Part shown: piece by piece, positions 44,415 to 50,880 of the stretch
Layout: each line of letters opens with the position of its first letter
Position numbering within the stretch: position 1 is the first letter of the stretch
IMG/VR virus record: IMGVR_UViG_3300045988_175742
DNA length: 50,880 bases
Strand: one strand, 5' to 3'
From: a virus
The notes under the pieces: generated by a model
Seen by the model: only the letters and a program-made list of their open reading frames with translations
The model's database searches: none
What the model was told of the DNA's origin: nothing
Translations under genes and position numbers: made by a program

Positions 44415-44687
44415 CTAACCACCCCAATTCTTTAACTTGTTGGTTGATTGCTTTTAAAAGTTCCATATCAATTGCAGGTGGTGCATCATAACCGTACTCA
44501 TAATCTTCAGAATACTCATCACAATATACAGATGTTATTTTTTCTTCTTTATCAAACAAAACTACAAATGTATATAAGTATTCTTCTTCATATACGACTG
44601 GTTTTTTATAAATAAATCGATCTAATTCAAAATAATCAAATTTATTTTTTTAAATCCCATTAATTCAAACATTTTTTGTGCTGTCAT
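44407..44687 (-). CDS. Conserved small phage protein interrupted at an A7 tract (44645..44651); needs a -1 shift
   Basis: Frame 0: MTAQKMFELMGFKK then stop; -1 frame: NKFDYFELDRFIYKK...MELLKAINQQVKELGWLDD; TAATG coupling to the upstream gene. Confidence 0.55.
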
Positions 44688-44947
44688 TACAAAGCACCTC
44701 CTAAATCCAAACGAAGCCTAAAGCCTAAAACAACGTAACTCTCTTTGCAATATTCTTCATCATTTAAAATATAAACAATTTCTACATTTATAGATTTTCC
44801 TGTGAACTTACCATTTTCAAATTCTCTTAAAGTTATGATATCTCCAACCTCAAAATTCCGATCGTTTTTACGAACTTCAAATGTTTTAAGGCCACTAATA
44901 ACATCTTTAAAATATTGAGGTTTGATTTTTAATTCATGTGTTTTCAT
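44687..44947 (-). CDS. DUF3850 / ASCH-like domain protein
   Basis: HELKIKPQYFKDVISGLKTFEVRKNDRNFEVGDIITLREF. Confidence 0.8.
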   Translation of the reverse strand: MKTHELKIKPQYFKDVISGLKTFEVRKNDRNFEVGDIITLREFENGKFTGKSINVEIVYILNDEEYCKESYVVLGFRLRLDLGGAL

Positions 44948-44953
44948 AATTCC

Positions 44954-45325
44954 TTAACCTTTCTTAACGATATCTTTCAAATCATTTTTAAAATAACATT
45001 CCTTGCAAACTGCATATCCGAAACCGTATTTATCCAAAATAATTCTTGATGTATAAGAAGCTCCATATGTGATTTCTTTCCCACATTCGCAACAAGCAAT
45101 TTTCTTGTTCATATCATCCTCGTAATATGTAGCTCCATCAGGCAATGCATAATCTTCATATTGGCCGGTTTCCAAATCATATTTTCTAGCAAAAGCATGA
45201 TCCACTGCAGTATTTAATAAATCAAAATACTTTACAGCATCATCATGTGTCATATTCTTGTAATTTGCATCGAGGACAACAACACCACGCTCTTTACAAA
45301 GTTTTGACCATTCTTCACCTGTCAT
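44954..45325 (-). CDS. Zn-finger hypothetical protein
   Basis: CCECGK ... CKECYF. Confidence 0.6.
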   Translation of the reverse strand: MTGEEWSKLCKERGVVVLDANYKNMTHDDAVKYFDLLNTAVDHAFARKYDLETGQYEDYALPDGATYYEDDMNKKIACCECGKEITYGASYTSRIILDKYGFGYAVCKECYFKNDLKDIVKKG

Positions 45326-45540
45326 GAGTTATCACGTCCTGCAACTGGTTTATTACGCATAAAATCATCAAAATCCATATTACAATCCGAGCAGATTTCT
45401 GCTTTTTTTGTTACAAGCCCACAGCCGCCATCACTTTTCAATCCACCTGCTTGATATGAAATTTTATAATTAGTGACTTCTTTGGTTTTAAAAACTCTTT
45501 TACATCTATCACATTGAACAATTCCTCTATCTATTTTCAT
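45322..45540 (-). CDS. Zn-ribbon hypothetical protein
   Basis: CDRCKR ... CSDCN. Confidence 0.6.
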   Translation of the reverse strand: MKIDRGIVQCDRCKRVFKTKEVTNYKISYQAGGLKSDGGCGLVTKKAEICSDCNMDFDDFMRNKPVAGRDNS

Positions 45541-45728
45541 CAGTTTGCTTCCTCTCTTTTTTTCTTAATAATCATAGAAAGTCTTTCATTTCTTTCTTTG
45601 ATTCTTAAATTTTGCATTCTCAAACGATAATTTTCATTTTCCAGATACGCAATTTTTTTCTTGAGGGGCAAATAATTATCTTTACCCCATTCAAGAAGTA
45701 ATTTTCTTAATTCATCACACTTTGACAT
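45540..45728 (-). CDS. Small coiled-coil protein
   Basis: 62-aa ORF. Confidence 0.5.
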   Translation of the reverse strand: MSKCDELRKLLLEWGKDNYLPLKKKIAYLENENYRLRMQNLRIKERNERLSMIIKKKREEAN

Positions 45729-46332
45729 CTCTTAATTTCCTGTTCAATTTTCTTAAAAGTTTGTAAGGAAATGGATTTTCTTCTAAATATTCAAAATAGC
45801 TGACTGTTGTTGAAAATCCCTTTATTCCATCAAAATTGCTATGTGAGTAAGGTGTAGCAATGATTTTGTTCAAAGCACCTTCAATATCATCATCAACAAT
45901 CCTTTTATCAGCACTACCCATGCACATTGCATTTCCTGTCAACATGTTTGGCATTGCATATTCATACAATTCGGTATCTCCTACTTTGTATTTCTTATAG
46001 CAATAACATTGGATGCCTTTTACGATTTTGTTGTCATATCGAACAATATAAATAGCATTAGGAAAATTGATTTTGTATGAATGATTATTATAAGTAACAT
46101 ATTGCATATGCTCAGGCTGCTTTATAACGGTATAATCAATACCGGCACCTATCGTGTTTTCAGAAAACAATTTTATGTTCGCTTTCTCATGCTGATCTTT
46201 GATAAAAAAATCATTAAAAAGTTTTACCAGTTCTTCTTTTGAAAGCATTTTGAATGTAATCTTCTCGTTTTGTTTGATACATAATTCAGCATCATCTTTT
46301 TTGTTGTTTAAACGAATGATTGCTTCTCTCAT
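45715..46332 (-). CDS. E2/UBC-like protein (PRTRC protein B / Prok-E2-like)
   Basis: YAMPNMLTGNAMCMGS (PN-x7-Cys spacing as in HPN...C of E2s), PYSHSNF, FPYKLL; TAATG coupling to the upstream gene. Confidence 0.65.
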   Translation of the reverse strand: MREAIIRLNNKKDDAELCIKQNEKITFKMLSKEELVKLFNDFFIKDQHEKANIKLFSENTIGAGIDYTVIKQPEHMQYVTYNNHSYKINFPNAIYIVRYDNKIVKGIQCYCYKKYKVGDTELYEYAMPNMLTGNAMCMGSADKRIVDDDIEGALNKIIATPYSHSNFDGIKGFSTTVSYFEYLEENPFPYKLLRKLNRKLRDVKV

Positions 46333-47174
46333 TACATGATCACCTCGCTTTTTGTCTTTAATGTGTTTGAAAGAGCTGAAATCAAAGCATTTGAAGTAAA
46401 TTTATAATCACAATCATCTACTTTTCTTTCGACTATTATTTGCAACAATTCCGTATTATGTCTTTCTTTTTTTGAAACATTGGCCATGATTTCTAGAGCT
46501 TCATTTGCCACTCCAAAATTCAAATCAGGATATTCCCATCCTTCAATTTCAATGTTTCTTACGTTTCCTTTAACAAATTGACCATTTATAAATCGATATC
46601 CAAAACCATATAGCATTGCTCTTATTTGATAGCTCTTTTTATAAAGCTTTCTGAATTTCCTAGCTTTTCCCTTATTTTTGAATTTGATATACAGGAACTG
46701 TATTTCAGTGGTACCTAGATTGTAATAATCAACCTTAGGTTCGGATAATGTTTCATCCGAGTACTCACACCACTCTTTGGCTTCTGCATATATTTCTCTA
46801 AAGACACCTTTTAATTGTGGAATAATAAAACTTACATTTACAAACGTTTCATTCTGTTCATCATATAATCCTTCAATCAATGTTTCAAAACCATCAACTG
46901 CAAATTCGTTTCTGTCAAAAAAAGGACTTAATATAACTTCTTCAAATTCATAATCGATAACATCTGGAAAAACATGTTCATCTAATAAGTCAATTTCTTG
47001 AAAATTTTGTATCAAATCATCAGATTCATCTTCTTCAAATGCAATCGTTAAATCATCAATGGCTTTTGGCGATGTGTAACTTAAAGCGTTGATGAAAAAT
47101 TTTTCATAGGTGTTAGGTTCCAGTTTATCGGGTATATGATCAGTCGTAAAAAACTGTCTCAAATCTGTTGACAA
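46332..47174 (-). CDS. Hypothetical protein inside the Ubl/E1/E2 cluster
   Basis: 280 aa; no ATG near the start, so probable TTG start with GAAGGTG RBS (track ORF starts at 47183); acidic N-terminal half, no motif recognised. Confidence 0.6.
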   Translation of the reverse strand: MSTDLRQFFTTDHIPDKLEPNTYEKFFINALSYTSPKAIDDLTIAFEEDESDDLIQNFQEIDLLDEHVFPDVIDYEFEEVILSPFFDRNEFAVDGFETLIEGLYDEQNETFVNVSFIIPQLKGVFREIYAEAKEWCEYSDETLSEPKVDYYNLGTTEIQFLYIKFKNKGKARKFRKLYKKSYQIRAMLYGFGYRFINGQFVKGNVRNIEIEGWEYPDLNFGVANEALEIMANVSKKERHNTELLQIIVERKVDDCDYKFTSNALISALSNTLKTKSEVIM

Positions 47175-47820
47175 GTTGAACACCTTCTTTCAACTGATAC
47201 ATGATTAAAGCATTACAATGTTCCAATATCGATACAGCCATTTTTGCATTGGTTACTAGAAACTGAACATTTCCTTTGGCGGCCTGTTCTTGACAAGAAA
47301 CATCAAGCGGATGTTTATCCAAATCAAATTTGTAACATTGACTTCTCAAATTACTTTGTTGAATACCATTCTTTTTTGTTGTGATATAGATATTTCCTTC
47401 ATATTCACTATTTGCTGAGTCGATGTAAATAACATCATCTAGCTTCTTAAATACTTTTTCTAAAATCATTCTTGTAGCATCATTATCGACACATCCTATG
47501 ATTACAGGAACATACCCCTTATCGTCTTGGATGAGTGCAAATAAACTTTCATATGTGCAAAATTTATCATCAAACTCACATTCGATTGGATAAAGAGAGT
47601 TGATTTTTCTTGATAATGCTAAAGCCTTATTATCACCAACGTCTTGAGCTTGGTATCCTTGGCGTTCGATATTTTTAGATTCGACTGTATCACCATCTAG
47701 TAGCATCATTTTATGTGATGTTCCTAAAAGAAGTTTTGGGAGGTCTCTTGCTAGAAGAGAACCAGTCCCACCAACTCCAATCACATAGAATTTATATCTT
47801 GTATAAGCCATATCGAACAC
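47140..47820 (-). CDS. ThiF/E1-like adenylyltransferase (PRTRC ThiF-type)
   Basis: VIGVGGTGS, DGDTVESKNIERQ, DVGDNKA, GCVDNDATR, SCQEQ. Confidence 0.8.
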   Translation of the reverse strand: MFDMAYTRYKFYVIGVGGTGSLLARDLPKLLLGTSHKMMLLDGDTVESKNIERQGYQAQDVGDNKALALSRKINSLYPIECEFDDKFCTYESLFALIQDDKGYVPVIIGCVDNDATRMILEKVFKKLDDVIYIDSANSEYEGNIYITTKKNGIQQSNLRSQCYKFDLDKHPLDVSCQEQAAKGNVQFLVTNAKMAVSILEHCNALIMYQLKEGVQLVNRFETVFYD

Positions 47821-48318
47821 CTAGCCTTTTCTATGTTGTTTTCCAGTTACAACAAGAACGTTGTCATCCTCGATATAGCTGTATTCCATTGTTCCTGCAA
47901 ATTCATAATGACGGTGTTGTAACATGATGTCCGTGATTTCCTTTTCTGTATAATCTTGGCCATCCACAAATCCATAAGAAGAAACATCAATCAATCTTCC
48001 TTCAGAATAGACTCCAAACGGATATTTGTGAGTTTTTTCAGTACTTGCTTTTTTCTTAGGTACTTTTTTACCTGCAGGTTTTTCTTCTTTTTTAGATTCT
48101 TCTGCAATTTCAGTTGCTTGTTCTACTGCTTGTTTTACCTCCTCAATCGCTTGTTTTTCAGCTTTTGCAACTGGAGCAGGTTGTTGATCAGCTTCTTTTG
48201 GTGCTTCTTCAACCTTTTCCACTTCTTTGACAACTGTATCCTTTACATCTTCTTTAGCTGATTCCTCAGCTTTTTTCTTTGCTTCTTGTTCTTCTCTAAC
48301 TAAATCAAACAATCCCAT
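47821..48318 (-). CDS. K/E-rich protein with a C-terminal ubiquitin-like (Prok_Ub / PRTRC protein C-like) domain ending in Gly
   Basis: C-terminal about 70 aa PFGVYSEGRLIDV...TEKEITDIMLQH...NVLVVTGKQHRKG-stop; the E1 start abuts the stop. Confidence 0.55.
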   Translation of the reverse strand: MGLFDLVREEQEAKKKAEESAKEDVKDTVVKEVEKVEEAPKEADQQPAPVAKAEKQAIEEVKQAVEQATEIAEESKKEEKPAGKKVPKKKASTEKTHKYPFGVYSEGRLIDVSSYGFVDGQDYTEKEITDIMLQHRHYEFAGTMEYSYIEDDNVLVVTGKQHRKG

Positions 48319-48330
48319 AATTCTATCCTC

Positions 48331-48807
48331 CTATTTTGGCCTTCTTTCGCCAATTTCTTCTAGACATATTTTTAAACATTCATTTTCAGCAAATTCACGA
48401 ATGATAACCAGTTCACACACTTGAATATCATCGTAATATGCCACATTATTGAGTGCATCCAAAACTACTTTTATGATGTTATCGATATCCGGTTTAACGG
48501 TACATAGAAACGTTTTATCTAATAGCCAACCTCTTAATTTTTTGGTGGTTGATTTCGGTATTCCTCTATATGCAAATATCTTCACCCTCAACGCTTTATC
48601 ACTTTGATAACTTGTAGTTTTTCGATAGCACATTGCTATTTTTTGTTCGTAATCCCTTGTTTTTTTAGGTGTGTACGCTCTTACGAATTTTCCTTGCGTA
48701 GTAAATCTTGGTCTTCCCTTGCCAACTATCTTTCCTGGAACGGTAAACCAAAATTTCTTGTAATCATTTTTGATACCTAAATCAAGCAAGCATTGGGTCG
48801 AAGTCAT
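48331..48807 (-). CDS. rusA: RusA-family Holliday junction resolvase
   Basis: GKGRPRF...AYTPKKT...KPDIDNIIKVVLDALNNVAYYDDIQV. Confidence 0.88.
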   Translation of the reverse strand: MTSTQCLLDLGIKNDYKKFWFTVPGKIVGKGRPRFTTQGKFVRAYTPKKTRDYEQKIAMCYRKTTSYQSDKALRVKIFAYRGIPKSTTKKLRGWLLDKTFLCTVKPDIDNIIKVVLDALNNVAYYDDIQVCELVIIREFAENECLKICLEEIGERRPK

Positions 48808-49591
48808 CTTCTAACTCCTCTGGAACAACAGCATCTTCAAGAAGTGCATCCAATTGTTCCTCTTCTTGATAATCATCTTCTACTGTCTCATCTTCAATTT
48901 CTTCAACATCTTCATTTTCGAATTCATCATAGTTTGTAGGCTGTTGTACAAGCTCCATTTCTTGTTGGTCACAAGCACTTTTCTTAGGGTCATCTTTGAT
49001 ATTGAAGTAAATTGTCATTGTGATGGTTGTTTGACCACCATTTAGCTCAGTTTGATCACACGCTGCCAAATAATATGGGTTCCAATCACCAGCTAATGTA
49101 ATAAATTCATTGTCACGTTCTGCATCCAACATATAGATATCAGGAAATCCTATCTTGTCCAAAATCTTGTTATCTTCTTCAGAAATCCATCTTTGTGTCA
49201 CTTCAACGATTTTTGGAATCTTGTAAGGATCACCTTTATCAACAGAAAAAACCTTTTTCGACATGTAACCCGCATGCTTGAAGAAATTTCTAACTGCAAT
49301 CAAATATGATTCTTGACAGCTGAAATGTTCAGCTTTCGCCAATTTCATATCTCCGTTAGGTAATTGTGATAGTTCATAAGGGATTTTTCCAAACTCTCTT
49401 AATTCATCATCTAAAAGCAAATTACTTTGAAAGTCATAAACTGCAGCATAGTTGTTACATACTAAATAGAGCTTTTCATCATCACCATAAAATACTGGTG
49501 TGTAAGTCTTGTTTTTTCCGATGATTTCTTTCGCAATTGAAAGAAATTTGTAGAAAAACGGTTCTTCATCCTTTTTTATTAGCATTTTCAT
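48782..49591 (-). CDS. Hypothetical replication-module protein with acidic tail ...EELEDDFDPMLA
   Basis: 269-aa ORF between ssb and rusA. Confidence 0.6.
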   Translation of the reverse strand: MKMLIKKDEEPFFYKFLSIAKEIIGKNKTYTPVFYGDDEKLYLVCNNYAAVYDFQSNLLLDDELREFGKIPYELSQLPNGDMKLAKAEHFSCQESYLIAVRNFFKHAGYMSKKVFSVDKGDPYKIPKIVEVTQRWISEEDNKILDKIGFPDIYMLDAERDNEFITLAGDWNPYYLAACDQTELNGGQTTITMTIYFNIKDDPKKSACDQQEMELVQQPTNYDEFENEDVEEIEDETVEDDYQEEEQLDALLEDAVVPEELEDDFDPMLA

Positions 49592-49727
49592 CTCTCCTTT
49601 TTGTTTGATTTATTGTTTTTGCGGTCAAATCTTCATCCTAACGAATATTTTTAGATAATTGGTAAAGTTAATCATCTTTAAAACAAACACTCGCTAGAAA
49701 CGAAAATTTTAAGTTTTTTATTTTAGA

Positions 49728-50192
49728 CTAGAATTGAATGTCATCTTCCATAATGTTGAAAGATGGATTTTCATTCATGAAACTGTCTTGTTGCTGATTT
49801 TGTGTTGGTTGTTGGTACTGATTTGGATTGTATGTTGATTGTGAATGATATTGTTGTTCTTCATATTTGTCCTTAGATTTTGTTTCTAAGAACTGAACTG
49901 AATCACAAACAACTTCAGTAACATAGACACGTTGACCTTGAGCGTTGTCATAAGATCTTGAGCGAAGTCTTCCTTCAACTCCAACCAATGAACCTTTGGA
50001 ACAGTACTTGTCGACGTTTTCAGCGACCTTATTCCAAACAACACATGAAATATAATCAGCTTGTTGTTCTTCATCATTTCTCTTTGGACGGTTCATTGCT
50101 AAAGTGAAACTTGCAACTGCTGAACCGTTTTGAGTTCTTCTAAGTTCAGGATCACGTGTCATCCTACCAACTAAAACTACTCTGTTTATCAT
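49728..50192 (-). CDS. ssb: Single-stranded DNA-binding protein
   Basis: MINRVVLVGRMTRDPELR...VVWNKVAENV...GSLVGVEGRLRSRSY; Q-rich linker; acidic tip EDDIQF. Confidence 0.95.
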   Translation of the reverse strand: MINRVVLVGRMTRDPELRRTQNGSAVASFTLAMNRPKRNDEEQQADYISCVVWNKVAENVDKYCSKGSLVGVEGRLRSRSYDNAQGQRVYVTEVVCDSVQFLETKSKDKYEEQQYHSQSTYNPNQYQQPTQNQQQDSFMNENPSFNIMEDDIQF

Positions 50193-50234
50193 ATCTTCTA
50201 CTTCCCTTGTTATTTTGATTTTGAAGTTTTTGCT

Positions 50235-50678
50235 CTAATCTTGCCTTTGCTTTCCCCTGTATGTAAGAACTCCAGCATTGCGTTTTCTAACATGTTCTTC
50301 ATGTAAGATCTTGATTGATTCTTTATCGTAATTGCATTCCTGAAACTTTTTGGAATATTCTTTAGCATCTTGTGAGTTTAAAAATCTAAATGGAAAGTTT
50401 CCATAAGTTTCATCTTCAAACTGAATAATTACTGTGTTGGGCGGAATCTTTTCAATTGTGTATTCAGGAACTTCAATGTTAGAAACGATTTCAGCAAGAT
50501 TAGGAATATATCTGTTAGACTTTGAAAATTTAACAATTGCATTTTGAACTTGTTCATAAGAGAAATCTCCAAACATCATCATCCATGTTTCAATGGTATC
50601 TTTCGATTCAATGATTTTGGAATTTGGATAAATGTTTTTGTAAAATTTCAAAATCTTTTTAATTTCCGTTTTTTCCAA
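50235..50678 (-). CDS. G39P-like replicative helicase loader
   Basis: EIKKILKFYKNIYPN...ETWMMMFGDFSYEQVQNAIVKFSKSNRYIPNLAEIV; probable TTG start after GAAAGGAA (track ORF extends to 50777). Confidence 0.65.
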   Translation of the reverse strand: MEKTEIKKILKFYKNIYPNSKIIESKDTIETWMMMFGDFSYEQVQNAIVKFSKSNRYIPNLAEIVSNIEVPEYTIEKIPPNTVIIQFEDETYGNFPFRFLNSQDAKEYSKKFQECNYDKESIKILHEEHVRKRNAGVLTYRGKQRQD

Positions 50679-50762
50679 AATTTCTAAATTCCTTTCAAAA
50701 TGTTGTGTGCCTACTATATATAGCAATCTGCAATGTCGTATGCGAAGGATTGTTATTTGTGA

Positions 50763-50772
50763 GTGTGCACAC
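50763..50772. repeat. 10-bp palindrome GTGTGCACAC
   Basis: Read directly in the putative origin region. Confidence 0.6.
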
Positions 50773-50779
50773 ACCACTC

Positions 50780-50824
50780 TTGTTTTATCTTGTTTTTTCT
50801 TGTTTATTTTGTTTATATTGTTTA
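50780..50824. repeat. Five helically phased TTGTTT(T/A) repeats (starts 50780, 50790, 50800, 50809, 50818)
   Basis: Read directly; 9-10-bp period. Confidence 0.75.
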
Positions 50825-50825
50825 T

Positions 50826-50880
50826 ATATAGAAAGGGGTGTAGGAATTTTTCCTATACCGTATGGGAATTTTTCCTATAC
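50826..50880. repeat. Terminal overlap, identical to 1..55
   Basis: See feature 1..55. Confidence 0.95.

Noticed and set aside
1-50880. Alternative genetic code (TGA = Trp, code 4) as the explanation for the in-frame TGA at 5605..5607
   Set aside because: Long genes such as the tape measure, portal and TerL are intact under the standard code. Trp is encoded by TGG throughout, for example WIDGKK and YYWPG. At least one ORF I checked (25699..26196) ends in TGA, with another stop two codons later. A single in-frame TGA fits local readthrough or a pseudogene better than genome-wide recoding.
50826-50880. 55-bp end repeat as a biological direct terminal repeat
   Set aside because: The length equals a common assembler k-mer, and the genes are continuous across the junction. 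With a pac-like repeat array and this type of terminase, headful packaging is more likely. This cannot be settled without reads.

Overview
This window is a complete, circularly closed genome of a temperate siphovirus-type phage (or excised prophage) from a low-GC, Bacillota-like host. Positions 1..55 are identical to 50826..50880, so the unique length is 50,825 bp. Almost all genes are on the minus strand. Reading down in coordinate and wrapping through position 1, the order is as follows. A Cro-like regulator (7362) leads the early genes: Xis-like HTH, membrane proteins, a 3D-domain protein, YqaJ exonuclease, antirepressor, DUF1351-like protein, RecT and two wHTH organizer-like proteins. An iteron-rich putative origin sits at the contig junction. 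Then come a G39P-like helicase loader, SSB and RusA, followed by a ubiquitin-like / E1-like / E2-like cluster (48318 down to 45715). Small Zn-ribbon and ASCH proteins and a lipoprotein follow, then an ArpU-like late regulator. An 880-bp non-coding region carries phased GGGTCCA repeats (putative pac). Next are TerS, TerL, portal and a MuF-metallopeptidase fusion. A 4.8-kb accessory island interrupts the head module; it holds a Tad2-like DUF2829 protein, DUF4406, a MazF-like TA cassette and an XRE/RHH/BRO immI-like module. After it come scaffold, major capsid, connectors, major tail, chaperones, tape measure, Dit, a Tal-like protein and fibres. Four small paralogous fibre-tip-like genes are preceded by (CA)13 and G9 tracts, and holins plus an amidase endolysin close the strand. 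The plus strand carries the lysogeny block at 7536..11783 (CI-like repressor, ImmA/IrrE protease, membrane proteins and a lipoprotein, tyrosine integrase) and a cargo operon at 12175..14634. Three early genes need recoding to be read: an in-frame TGA and two poly-A -1 shifts. All functional calls come from motif recognition by eye; no database search, HMM or structure prediction could be run.
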